A stretch of DNA of 62,108 nt, filler included, from Platydemus manokwari (taxonomy: Eukaryota): assembly GCA_037951405.1 (NCBI GenBank). It is 6 parts of 6 records of this genome, joined end to end, with 100 filler letters (N's around TTAATTAATTAA, not from the genome) between each part and the next. Parts side by side here need not be neighbours in the genome. Positions count along the whole stretch, not along the records: positions 9,106 to 22,701 come from JBBMOY011674735.1; positions 22,802 to 32,543 come from JBBMOY011211320.1; 4 more parts are not named here. One strand, given 5' to 3'. Positions within the stretch are counted from its first letter, which is position 1. Each line of letters starts with the position of its first letter. Positions 12,603 to 24,016 of the stretch are shown here, in pieces. The translations under genes were made by a program, and so were the position numbers. The notes under the pieces are model-generated. The model saw only the letters and a list, made by a program, of their open reading frames with translations. It had not been told where the DNA came from and made no database searches.

Positions 12603-14095
12603 ATTTCCCACATGAATACACTGATGATGTAATATCTATTAATAATGTAAATAATAAAAGATTGTTGTCTAAAGAATTTTACATGTATCTTGATGTTCCT
12701 GTTGGTGATAAAAATGATCAATCTCATTACGAGATTCTGAACAAACTTGTAATTGATCTCAGTAAAATAGCCAATTTTGATTTATGGGATTGGCAAAAGC
12801 TTAAATCTTATAGAATTTTCTTGCACTCTAGACTTGTATATGCGTTTAGACTTACTAGATTGATTGATGAATATCACACTCAATGCATTATTCAGGTATT
12901 TCGCCTTTAAAACTCTGATTGTCTACTGACAAAGAGAATTATCTCTGATTCATTTTGCTTTCTTTCTTCTACACGACTTCGTAAAACAAATCCATCAATC
13001 GGTGAAAGCTTGGAATGGATCAATGGTAAAAAATCTATAGTAAACTGTGCTTCTAAAAAGACTTGATGCATACGTGTCATCAATGCTGTGAAATACTTTC
13101 AAAATACACACAAAATTAGCCTAATTTTTGAATTTTTTAAAGATGAAATTTGCTTGAGGATGACATCTGATTTTTAAGGTACTTTGTTTCTCGTAATCGA
13201 AAACAACTATCTCAATTGATTCAGGAAACTTATTCGCCAAAATAGCTTAATAATAGACGCAGTAATTTTATTGCAGATACAATTAAGCTATTAATAAGAT
13301 GATTCTTCGTAGTGACCTGAAATCTTTTGCGTTTAAGTTCATTCACCGAGCTAGAACAAATACTCTAGCAATTAATGCATCGCCTTGGAAGACAAACGGG
13401 GAAAGCCAAAAGTGCAGACGCTGCCTTAATTTCCCTGAAACCATGATACATGTACTACTATGTCGCAATCTGAACAAAAAGCTACAAACTGCTCGCCATG
13501 ATGCATGCCTAAATAAAATTGTTGACTGTGTTCGATCAAAAAATATTATTGTATTAGGGAACCAAATGTGTTCACTGTTACCGGAAAGAAAAGAGCGCAT
13601 CGATTTAATGGTTACTGATGTAGAGCGAAGAATGATCTTCCTGGTAGACATGACATGTCCGATTGACACAATACAAAATTTCGAGGAGTCAAACAAAAAT
13701 AAAATAATTCATTATACCGATTTTAGGAATGAGCTAGCCAAAACCAGATTTCAATATTGAGCTTTTCACGTGCATTATAGGCCCACTCGGTACAGTTCCA
13801 GCCTCAACAGAAGATATTTGAGAGAAAATTGCCGTGCCGAAGAATAAAATCCGAAACCTTGTCAAAGAATGCGCAATTTCAAATATTGAACATTCAGCCA
13901 AATCTGGCATTTTCACTCGACCGGTGTTGTGATAGATTTTATTTAACACACAAACAATCAAACAATTCCTACCCAACGAAAATCCGAGATGAATGAATGA
14001 AAAAGCAAAATTGACTTAACGAATCAAAGCTTTCAGATCCAAGCAGGTTACAATCAATTCAATAATCCAAACAAATTTGTATTTAAATAAATCTT
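12603..14095 (+). mobile_element. Decayed NeSL/R5/Utopia-like non-LTR retrotransposon (RT C-terminus, CCHC knuckle, restriction-like endonuclease)
   Basis: RT relics YTDDV, YMYLDVPVG and WQKLKSYRIFLHSRLVY. Then FKFIHRARTNTL...CRRC...ETMIHVLLC...RHD, RIDL...LVDMTCP (PD-D/ExK RLE), and after a frameshift CIIGPLG. AATAAA at ~14086. Internal deletions and stops. Confidence 0.88.
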
Positions 14096-14157
14096 ATAAC
14101 ACATTTATAAAGAATATGGAAAAATTAAAGTTAATGATTTTGATAATTACGATGATT

Positions 14158-14205
14158 TGTAAAATATTATGTAAAATATAATGTAAAATACAATGTAAAA
14201 TATTA
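14158..14205. repeat. 12-bp tandem repeat x4 (TGTAAAATAYWA)
   Basis: Units are tgtaaaatatta, tgtaaaatataa, tgtaaaatacaa, tgtaaaatatta. Confidence 0.9.
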
Positions 14206-14654
14206 TTCAAATGAAAGATTTTTATTGAATTTATTTTTATCCAATTAGGTGCATGATAAATGCCAGAAAATTTGTAAAAATTTCGAATTGGTTTAATAAC
14301 ATTCAATCAGTTCAAACAGCCAATGGGAGAAAGCAGGGGCATTTTAAATATTTTTTTAAAATATTTATTTTTATATATGTGAACAAATGCGAATATGACT
14401 CGGTTGAAATACATAGTTGACTCTAACCTTGATATTAATGGAATTTGAAAAATTTGTTGGTATAACATGCGTTAAAAACCATCAACTTTAAATATATTTA
14501 AATATTTATGACAAATCAGTATTTGAATTTCACTTGAAGTCCATAATTTGAGATTATGGGGGTAATAAAAATCCCTTATTCACAGAGCGAAGAAAATAAA
14601 CCTACCTTTGAATTTTTATGATTATATATATATTTAATACGATTATTTTATTGA

Positions 14655-17600
14655 TCACTCACAGAATCTATACTGTCGATCACAAGGAAAAAAATATTTG
14701 TCATCGCTGGAACTGCTCATCATTTCTGAACAGTAGGAAATGTCTGAATCAGACAGCGAACAAACTGAAACAGTCAATGTCTGTGTTGCAATGGAAAATC
14801 TACTTCGCATTGGACCAGTATTCATGCAATTCAAACTTTCCGAAAATGTCGACGTTTTAGTGGTGTTATTCGGTAAACGCTTAATCTTGTTGAAAATAGA
14901 CTGAGAGGATACATTTGATTTGTAAACCGGTGGAATTGTACTTTTATCAAATGAGGCTGTAGATCTCTGAAATGTGCTGCTATCCGTATTAAGCAAATAA
15001 CTTTCATCTTCGAATTTATTTAAATTGGAATTTCTAATCACATTGTTAATGGTTTTGACACGTCGACTGTACTGAACACCTTTAGATCGTGTTGGAACTT
15101 TATTTGATTGAAATAAAGATGTGCCAAGAATATCATCAAATTTAGAACTCTTTAATTTATCCGAATCAGGGAATTGTCGTGGAAAATAATTGGTTTCATA
15201 GATGGATTTATTTTCTGGTTTCAAATGCTGTTCCATGTTTAGAAGATCTGTTTTTTGATGATGAGAAATATTGTTTAAATTAGGTTTTATAGAAGGAAAC
15301 TGTGTTTTTTTGTTTAGTAATGATTTATTTCGTGTACAGTTCACATCACTGTTTGATTTGGAAAGATCTTCACAATTATTTGCAACAATCGTCTTAGAGA
15401 GCTCATCCTTACACATATTAGGTATGAGTCTCTCCTCGCAATCAACACTTATGTGCTTTTCTAATGAAACAGGTTTAATGTTTGGTATTTGATAAGGATA
15501 AATGTTGCAATCCTCATTGTTATCTTTTGAAGACGTTTTGCAACAATGTTGAGCATGGTTTGAAGATCGAAAATTCTCATGAATTACTTTTTGGTTAACA
15601 CTTGGCAACTTGTTTTTGGTCCCTGAATCACAAGGTATTGGAAATTCTGAATGAACAGAAATGATAGAGTCTGTGATTTCTTGATTATTGAATGACTTTC
15701 CATAAGCTTTTGGAATAGCGCTTGGAATGATGTGTAAGTAAACTCCGTTAGATAGATGATTGGTCTTCGGATTGATCGTCTGTGTTTCACAATCTAATCT
15801 CGGTACAACCAAATTGCTATCTAATGAATTGAATGAAATATCATTTTTATTTTGTATTTCGAATTCATCATTTTTTAAAAATTTTTGATAAGGTGTTTTA
15901 TAATTTCGAGAATTTGTCTCCACCAACTGATATTGCGATGATGCATCAGTTTTTCTTTCTCTCTGATTATCAACAATCTTGGAATTTAATCTCATGATTT
16001 GCGGGATTTCGCTCGTGTCCATTTGTAATTCCGTTCTGGAAACGTTATTATTGAAAGATCGAAAATATGAATCTCTATTTTTGTTAATCGTATGAAGTTG
16101 TGAGATATCATTAAAATCTGATTTATTATTTTTACAGCAGTTAGATTGATGAAATCTTTTAAATTTATAATCTCTACAATGTGGAGACTGAAATGAATTG
16201 TTGAGAGATGTATATAACCTGGGAGACAAGGGCGTATAAATATTACCAATCGCATTGGTATTGTGAACTCGATAATTTTTTTGAATTGGGCTGTTATATA
16301 ATTCAGTTAATTTTGAATTATTTGATGAAATAATGGGTATTTGACAATTTACTTGATCAGATGTTTTACCTTCCTTTGAATGACAATGGCAACCATAGTT
16401 CCCACAATCCAAATATTTGCGACACAATAACTTCAACTGTTCCGTTTCATCATCACAATTTGGCAGCTTCGCAAGGGAATCCTTCTGATGAAAGCAAATG
16501 AAATCATTATTATTACAACTCTTTATTCGCTTGTCAATATGAACTGGACAATGACAAGAACATAACGTGTTTGATGGATTAATCTCACTATTGCAATCCA
16601 TATAATTCTTGACGTTGTTGCATGTGCAAGAGTTGGAGAGATGACAACCATTGTTCGCTAATAGAGATGATTCGTTAGAAAATGATATATTTCTGGAATT
16701 GTTTTTATAAAAAGCATATGAAGATGAACAAGGATTAGAATTATGGTCGTGACTGTTAATCATACGACGATAATCAAGTTCAGTTTGGACGCCAGAGTTT
16801 TGTGTTCTCAATGGATAATCGGTGGAGTAACTATCTTGATTGTTAAATTCGACTTTTTTATCTGAAAACTTGTGTTGGTAATAACTAGGATTGGAGTTTT
16901 GGATAGTTTTACTCAAAATACGAGGTTGATCCGGTGATGAAATTTTACTAGTAGGGACTTTTAGATTTAGATTTGAGCATCGCTCTGAAAGTCTCGAAAG
17001 TTCATTGCTAGGTACGAAACCATTTGATCTCTGCTGTTTTAAAAGATTATGGTCTATTTCAGTTCCGAGTAAAGTTTCATCTTCTTTAAATAGGTAGTTA
17101 GAATGGTGTATTGAATTAGAAGGTGAAATTTGGGATAATTTATCTTCAACATAACTAATAATCACTTCTAAAGGTATTTCTTTCAAACTGTATTCATATG
17201 ACAAGGTTTGGTTATCTTTAAAATAGTTAGCAGGATAATTTGATGACTGACCATGAATATTTCTAAAGGATTGTTGTTTATGATTATCACTATTATCATA
17301 TGAGCTTGAAGTTAATAAATGAGGAGCTTGAATATCATTTTCATAATTGGGTTCAATATTGGAATACGATGTCAAATGTGAATCAAAACTCTTTGTTGGA
17401 TACTTTAGAAGGGAATTTTGAAATTCTGTTTTATAGTTTTCACTAGGAAATTTAGAGGATAATCTTCGACTTGCATTTAGGTCTCTATCGGATGCAGGCC
17501 TAATATCATTTATAAATTTACTAATATTTTCTTTTGTTGATCCCGTTGAATTCTGTATTTCATTTAACTCATATGGTAGATCAAATTGACCGAGCGACCT

Positions 17601-18902
17601 TTTTTCTGACTGTTTATTTCTACTTCTATTTGATAACGATCTAACTCGAATGCTTTGTTCAACATTGTAGGGATCATTTAAAGAATCATTTTGATTTACC
17701 AATGGAGTGTTGTGAGTTAATCTCGAATAAGAAAATTGTTTATCATCGACAGTCGATATTTTCTTAATCTCATCGAGTAGCTTTTTCAAAATAACCATGA
17801 TTTCAGAATTACTTGATATTTCCTGTTGATATGGGCATTGAAACATCACTGGATTCATGGCACATGGTTTTCCATTCAAGGATTTATGGATCATGTCAGA
17901 TATGCAAGTGACGGTCCTAAGTAGTATTTCTTTATTAATAGATTCATTGTCTTGATGGCTTGAAACCGTTGCCGGTTGCTCATTATTTTTGTTTATAGTA
18001 AGAAGCTGGTTCATTATCTCCGGTAAATTGCAGGATGATACAGAAGACTGAAAACATCCGAATTTGTCTCTTTGTTGACAAATAGAGTCCTTATCTTGTG
18101 TTGATAAATGCTTTGAAACTTCTTGAATAATATCAGAGGTGATTTTATTAAGTTTAATATTATCGTTCTTATCAGATGACATAAGATTTCGATCTGGAAT
18201 TAGTGACATTGGTAAGGAATTGTCCATCGAATTCGATTTTGTATCTGAATTTATTTTTATAGTTTTTGCGTCGTTTAAAACAAAAGATTTATTTCGAGTT
18301 ATTTTATTCATTACAGATCTAGAAGAATCAATTCGACCTAAATTCGACTTTAAATCAACAGCTTGATCCGAATTCACACTAGAGTGAGTGTCAATACCTG
18401 GAATTTTTTCTAGAGGTGTAATCGCGTATAAAGTTTCATAAAGACTTTTTCTAGGAGGAATTATGTCACTTTCTGATTCGATTTCCGTAAAATAATCGGA
18501 AGAATTGTAAAGACTTGCTCTTTGGCTTTCTCTTTTTTTTTCGACTGTTTTATGTAATTTGCGACCAAGATATTCGTAAACCTTTGATTTACCACACAGT
18601 AAACTATATGATCGAGATGTATTCATTCCGTATGTTTGATTTTCATATGGATAGATAAATGCTTTGATATACTTTGATCTCGATAAAACAGCCGAATGAT
18701 TTACTGTCGAATTAGTATTGTATTGGTCGAAAGATTTTGAATGGAAATTTCGTTGATTAGTGTTGTCCAGTGATTCTTTGCCTATATTCATACATATTCT
18801 GAATGAGAAATCAATAAAATAATCGACAATTTTAATGATGGGGTATTTACCATATTTGAATGCTAATAATTGAAGAAAATCTCGCTTTAACACAAAAGCC
18901 AT
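14655..18902 (-). CDS. Large single-exon orphan protein (1415 aa; likely start Met at 18791), S/N/K-rich and probably disordered, with a central Cys/His cluster and LC8-like TQT/VQT motifs
   Basis: A 4.2-kb uninterrupted ORF in very AT-rich DNA is not expected by chance. A candidate 52-nt GT-AG intron (18850-18799) just before MNIGKE suggests the first 37 codons are UTR/intron. AATAAA follows the stop, although GTGAGT at 14662 could be a donor. Confidence 0.85.
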   Translation of the reverse strand: MAFVLKRDFLQLLAFKYGKYPIIKIVDYFIDFSFRICMNIGKESLDNTNQRNFHSKSFDQYNTNSTVNHSAVLSRSKYIKAFIYPYENQTYGMNTSRSYSLLCGKSKVYEYLGRKLHKTVEKKRESQRASLYNSSDYFTEIESESDIIPPRKSLYETLYAITPLEKIPGIDTHSSVNSDQAVDLKSNLGRIDSSRSVMNKITRNKSFVLNDAKTIKINSDTKSNSMDNSLPMSLIPDRNLMSSDKNDNIKLNKITSDIIQEVSKHLSTQDKDSICQQRDKFGCFQSSVSSCNLPEIMNQLLTINKNNEQPATVSSHQDNESINKEILLRTVTCISDMIHKSLNGKPCAMNPVMFQCPYQQEISSNSEIMVILKKLLDEIKKISTVDDKQFSYSRLTHNTPLVNQNDSLNDPYNVEQSIRVRSLSNRSRNKQSEKRSLGQFDLPYELNEIQNSTGSTKENISKFINDIRPASDRDLNASRRLSSKFPSENYKTEFQNSLLKYPTKSFDSHLTSYSNIEPNYENDIQAPHLLTSSSYDNSDNHKQQSFRNIHGQSSNYPANYFKDNQTLSYEYSLKEIPLEVIISYVEDKLSQISPSNSIHHSNYLFKEDETLLGTEIDHNLLKQQRSNGFVPSNELSRLSERCSNLNLKVPTSKISSPDQPRILSKTIQNSNPSYYQHKFSDKKVEFNNQDSYSTDYPLRTQNSGVQTELDYRRMINSHDHNSNPCSSSYAFYKNNSRNISFSNESSLLANNGCHLSNSCTCNNVKNYMDCNSEINPSNTLCSCHCPVHIDKRIKSCNNNDFICFHQKDSLAKLPNCDDETEQLKLLCRKYLDCGNYGCHCHSKEGKTSDQVNCQIPIISSNNSKLTELYNSPIQKNYRVHNTNAIGNIYTPLSPRLYTSLNNSFQSPHCRDYKFKRFHQSNCCKNNKSDFNDISQLHTINKNRDSYFRSFNNNVSRTELQMDTSEIPQIMRLNSKIVDNQRERKTDASSQYQLVETNSRNYKTPYQKFLKNDEFEIQNKNDISFNSLDSNLVVPRLDCETQTINPKTNHLSNGVYLHIIPSAIPKAYGKSFNNQEITDSIISVHSEFPIPCDSGTKNKLPSVNQKVIHENFRSSNHAQHCCKTSSKDNNEDCNIYPYQIPNIKPVSLEKHISVDCEERLIPNMCKDELSKTIVANNCEDLSKSNSDVNCTRNKSLLNKKTQFPSIKPNLNNISHHQKTDLLNMEQHLKPENKSIYETNYFPRQFPDSDKLKSSKFDDILGTSLFQSNKVPTRSKGVQYSRRVKTINNVIRNSNLNKFEDESYLLNTDSSTFQRSTASFDKSTIPPVYKSNVSSQSIFNKIKRLPNNTTKTSTFSESLNCMNTGPMRSRFSIATQTLTVSVCSLSDSDISYCSEMMSSSSDDKYFFPCDRQYRFCE

Positions 18903-19356
18903 TCATTGTGATAACCAATTCCCATTGTAAAACTTATTTTCTTATGACTTATATTGTAGAATGTTGATTATATATAATATCATATAATACTATTAAAATT
19001 TCTATAATTCATAAAGGGTTTACTGAAACAAAGATTAAGCATTGGAAAGTTATGACTACTTCACCCAGCACCAAATAGGTTATTTACAAACACTTATAAA
19101 ATTGCTGTTGATAATTGGATTTTATCGTTTATATATATAATCAAATTAGAAATTAGCAGTAAAAGCTTAAAACGTTGATTATAAGATCATTTCTATTTAA
19201 ATAATTAATGAACTTTAATCCTTAATTAATTAGAACGCTGACAAACTTAATGAAAAATAAAAAAGCTATTAGATATATTTACGTCATTGATCTGAATAGA
19301 ATTTTGTTTCTAATGTTTTTCTTGGAAAATTCATCATCGAGAGCTCTATTTGAAAA

Positions 19357-19903
19357 TGTTGGAGGATTAATAAACAATTTAGATCTGAAAACCGTATTAC
19401 TGAAAATATCATGATCGAAATCTCAATAAATACAAATAAATCTTTGTACAACTCACAATAGTAAATCACGCAAGGCGAAGTCAGCTCCTGAAAGTCAAAA
19501 ACAGAATAGAAAGTAATCTAAAATACTAAAAATCACACAAAAATAAGCTTAACACGCGAATTATCGATCATAAAGAATGGCAGTTATTCATGGAACTCAA
19601 CCTCTTTTATAGATCTATCGGGTGTGTCTGCTTGATGTCACGGATTTTCTTTTTCGATTTGTCGAATTTGTTCGTAGATCGATCTACTTGAAATTTTCCT
19701 CGTATCTCTCGCGGCATTGGCAGATATTTGAGCTTGCTGCCATCTGTAGGTATATGCCTGTCGATTCTTAGCTTCTAAATATGCATTAATATTATAACAA
19801 ATCTAATTCGTTGAGGGCACATGTGCTTATCGGGTTTGTGTGTATTGACCATTTTTAGGGTTATTTACTTGGTTCTTGTGATTGATTTGTGATCTATCCA
19901 ACA
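19357..19903 (-). mobile_element. Solo LTR, family A copy 1 (547 bp)
   Basis: TGTTGGA...TCCAACA termini, 4-bp TSD AAAA/AAAA, TATAAAAG on the minus strand. Aligns over its length with 35714-36273 and 46787-47348. Confidence 0.85.
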
Positions 19904-20314
19904 AAAATTAACTAGAAGTCAATGAATGCAAATCGATTGGTATCACAAGGCATATGTTTCTTCATGTTTACTGGTGTGGTTTTGTAAGTACAACAGTAAT
20001 TTATAGTTATAAAAGTTTAATCCATCAAAACGATTTGAAAATATTTTTATCATTTGCAGATAATGGTGAATTTTATGGATCATTGTTTTGATAAAATGGT
20101 ATTGATAATATATAATGATATTGATAATATATAATGACAATACTAAAATAACAATAATAAAGTAATGAAAACAAACTACGATGATAATAAAAACATTAAT
20201 ATTATTATTAATAAATATTTATGATTACGCAATGACGAAAATTATAATAAAACAGAAATGTTTCGAATTGACATAAATTTTATTCATTATAAATAAATCA
20301 ATCTTTTTACTCAC

Positions 20315-20806
20315 AGGCAACATAGCTCGATGAGCTGATCGTCGCATTCTTAATAAATTTTGATCAGGCCGAAACAATCGAATGACATTATCCACTCCAT
20401 AAAATGCCTTCAATCCTTCAAATATCTATTGGAAAACATAGAAATAATACAACACAATGCTGATATCATTACTTCAGATGCATAATGAAGAACACTACAG
20501 GCAGGATGTAAGCTAAAATTTTCCAACTCTTTAATATGTGGCTTCGACCATCCGGAATTGACATCCCAATCTATCCTTAGCATATGATCAGTGAAGATCG
20601 ATCCGAAACTAACTTTATTGCAATCCGCTGGTTTGTCTCTTGATTTTTGTACTTTATCGATTTGCAAATCTGCAAACTAAAATTGATGGAAATATAAATT
20701 TGAAGCATACTCAATCCATTCAATTCTTTTTTACTTTAAATGAACTTAAACATCTTTTCCAAAGAAATCCATTGCTTTCCAAAATATTTATATAAGTTTT
20801 AAGCAT
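20315..20806 (-). CDS. BCAT: Branched-chain amino acid aminotransferase, exons 1-3 only (20806-20735, 20676-20473, 20425-20315)
   Basis: Spliced product [24 protein letters not shown]|FADLQID...[13 protein letters not shown]...GWSKPHI...[13 protein letters not shown]|IFEGLKAF...[23 protein letters not shown]| carries the signature BCAT motifs. GT-AG introns of 58 and 47 nt, both phase 0. The N-terminus looks like a mitochondrial presequence. Later exons were not found in this contig. Confidence 0.93.
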
Positions 20807-22701
20807 AGTTGGTATTAATAAGTTATTGATGTGTAATTAAGACTTAATTTATTAATTGAAACACCTTGATCTTTAAAATTACTCAATTTAATAAAGTCTT
20901 TTTGATTAACATAAACACCAAAATAAAATCCATGTATATAACAATATTAATTCTAAATAAAAAAAGAAATAATATTATCAAGTATATGTGTATTAAATAA
21001 CTCTAAAAAGAAATAAAATCTTAATAAAAAAGTGAATAGATTAATCATCTAGATCTCGAAACAACTTTGTTGACAATGAAATAAATAATTTTATACGGTC
21101 GGAATGAAATTGTTTGTGTAAATACTTATTTCAGAATTTAATTTCACCACACCTATCTTAATGAATTTTTTAACTTTTTTCGGATTTGTGACAGTTATCT
21201 TTTCTGTACGGTTTAATATGTGATACCCTGGTCCCAAAACCACAATTTAAAAAATAAAATAATTCCTTGAAACGAGTACACACAGGCTAGCGAGACACAA
21301 CTTGTCATTATTCAGTCAGATATTTTTGAATTAATTGCTAATTGAAAATACATTGTCAATACAAAAGAACAAAAAGGTACAAGCATCGCAATGTAATATT
21401 TGTAAATAATAAACACGAAATCATCATTCTATACCATATATATTGGTGGCAAACGAAAGGCAAAATACAAATTTAACCATGTAAACTAAATCAACTCTGC
21501 TCGGAATTTGAAAGTTTTTTTTGGCAACTTTGGTTTCGTAGACATATAAATGTAAGTTTGTAAATCAAATAATGTAACAAATTGTTTAAATATCAATCTC
21601 AAATATTAAGTCACTATTTACCGTATGTAAGTCTATATCGAGCGATCATTAATAAATTTACAATAATTTTTTTATTAAACTCAACACAAATACAAAATTT
21701 AAACTCAATTCGATATTTTACAAAAAACAGAAATAATTGTATTGCAGAGAATGCAAGAGCTTTCTGGCGTTTCAAATTAATTAAAATGTAGATTTTAGAG
21801 CATGTTATTAAGTAAATTTCAAAAGCGTTACCCTTTGAACTACAGATATTAACGCAATTTGTATCAATAAAGATTTAATTCACAATACTATCAAATCTTC
21901 TTTCTTAAATTTAATGCTTCCTATTATAGTGCAAATAACTAGTATTCAGCTTTGATCACGTTGTAATTTATACATTTAGTAAAATTATGTCATGTTCTAA
22001 AATTCATACGGTATTCATACCATTTTTCTTGGATCAAGTTATGGACGCTAAAACTTATTCTTAATTGTTTTATCATGTGTTAAATAAAATGATTGAATTT
22101 TCTTGACAATTCTTGAACAATTATTATTTGTTTTGTTGTTCATTGGTCTGTCTCGTTTGAGCACGCATATTGCATCGGCTTTATTTGTCCCATTTGTGCT
22201 CGACAAATGCACGAGTATTTTGTATAGAATTTATTTTCTGTTAAAACAGTTCTATTCGCGTTTCTTTTTATTATCTCTAAAATAAAATAAATAAATGCAG
22301 GTTTGAAAATTTAATATCGTTGTCTTGATTGTACTTAAATAGATGCTGGGAATGAGCTATAACATTGAGGTCAGTAAAAAAAACAATAAGTGAAGACCGG
22401 GAAAATCAAAAAAATCTCTAAAAAATAATTCTGACACTAATTGAGAAAAACTTGTTGTTGAAAGAATTGTAATTGAGAAAGTTTGCCCAGAAAAAATTAT
22501 TAAGGAATAAACTTAACAAAACTATTTGAAAACATATCATTAGAAAGTAATTTTGACAGAATTTTTGCTGAAATATATTATAAATTTATGCTTTTTAAAG
22601 GTCATCTATCATAATTAATATTATGTAAAACACCCAAGAAGGCAATAACAAAGGTAAACTCATATAATTACTATTTAGATCTCTATCACTGATACGTTAC
22701 T

Positions 22702-22801
22702 NNNNNNNNNNNNNNNNNNNNNNNNNNNNNNNNNNNNNNNNNNNNTTAATTAATTAANNNNNNNNNNNNNNNNNNNNNNNNNNNNNNNNNNNNNNNNNNN
22801 N
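22702..22801. other. Artificial contig spacer N44-TTAATTAATTAA-N44
   Basis: Identical to the other spacers. Confidence 0.97.
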
Positions 22802-23010
22802 ATTATTAATTTATGAATTTAACAAACAAGTATCACTTAATGGAAATGTCAAATATTACGTTTACTTAAATGAGAAAAAGATTCAAGAATCTGATTCCAT
22901 GTATGAAATAAATTTATTTATTGGTAATGTATTTCCCCATAATCCCGCAAAAGCTTTTCCTTTGGAATTTATGATTTTTAATAAATTATTAAAGATATAA
23001 ATAATAATTC

Positions 23011-23895
23011 ATGAAAATTGATTATAATTATTTTTTAAAATAGTCTGATTTCAAATAACATTTTAACAATTTAAACATTACGCAAATATTCCTTCAACTT
23101 TAGAATAGTAATTGTTGGTTTTGGAAAAACTCGATTACTTTTTAAAATGTTATTAACACCAAACTTCTTAGATTATGATAATATAATAATATTTTCAAAT
23201 AAAGTTTGTCATGATGATTATCAAATTTTATATCATTGATTTACAAATGAGTTATCACAAGAGATCATAACATAAATGTTTGAAGAACAATAGAAATTCG
23301 ATGATGATTTAACTATTAGAGAGATTTGTGAGCTTGCTGCAGAAAAACACTAGCGCTTTTTTGTAATATAAATATAACTATGTCTTCTAAATTTAATGAA
23401 ATTATGAAACCATCTCTTTTAGATAGAACTAAAAAGAATTTAATAATATTTGATGAGTGTGTAACAGAAAAAAATAAAGAAATAATAAGTTCTTACTACA
23501 CAAAAGGTAGACGTGATAGTTGCAATTGTATTTATCTATCTCAAAATTGGGTTGGTTTACCCAAAAGATCGGTTATAGATAATGCAAATTTTATTATTTT
23601 ATTTAAATTAAATAACACAGAAAGAGATATAATAATTTATAAATTCTTTTGTGAGGAGGAGAGGTGTAAAAATAAATCATTAAAAAGAGGTTTTAATTCA
23701 TCAAAAGGGCAAATTGATGATGCTTTTAAATATATATGGATTTGCGAATATAGTTATTTTGTTTTTGATACAGAGTTTCGCGATGAATACGATAATTGCT
23801 ATAGTCTTATTAATATATTTAAGAAATATAAAAAGGATAAAAACCAAATAAATTTTATACAACTTCAAGGTAAACTAAACAGGAAAAATTTATGA
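23011..23895 (+). pseudogene. Polinton/Maverick (adintovirus-like) A32/FtsK-type packaging ATPase pseudogene
   Basis: Shortened Walker A RIVIVGFGKTRLLFKMLL...FLDYDNIIIFS (~23102). Walker B KNLIIFDEC followed by YYTKGR...CIYLSQN..LPKRSVIDNANFIILFK, which is typical of Polinton ATPases. Stops in the 5' half. Confidence 0.82.
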
Positions 23896-23990
23896 ATCCT
23901 TCAGATTTAAATAAAACAAAAAAGAATCTTATAATTTTCGATGATTGTGTTACAGAAAAAAATCTAGAAATAATGTCTGCTTATTATACA
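23892..23990 (+). pseudogene. Second, paralogous fragment of the Polinton ATPase Walker B region
   Basis: MNPSDLNKTKKNLIIFDDCVTEKNLEIMSAYYT, similar to 23404-23502 but keeping the canonical DD. Confidence 0.8.
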
Positions 23991-24016
23991 ATAACTATTC
24001 ACTAAAAGACAAACAA

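Noticed and set aside
15271-18366. Short alternative-frame and antisense ORFs overlapping the 1415-aa ORF
   Set aside because: Shadow ORFs of the long coding sequence.
19060-19085. LFGAG-like peptide as a downstream BCAT exon
   Set aside because: Followed immediately by a stop, lacks the surrounding BCAT residues, and the intervening exons are missing.
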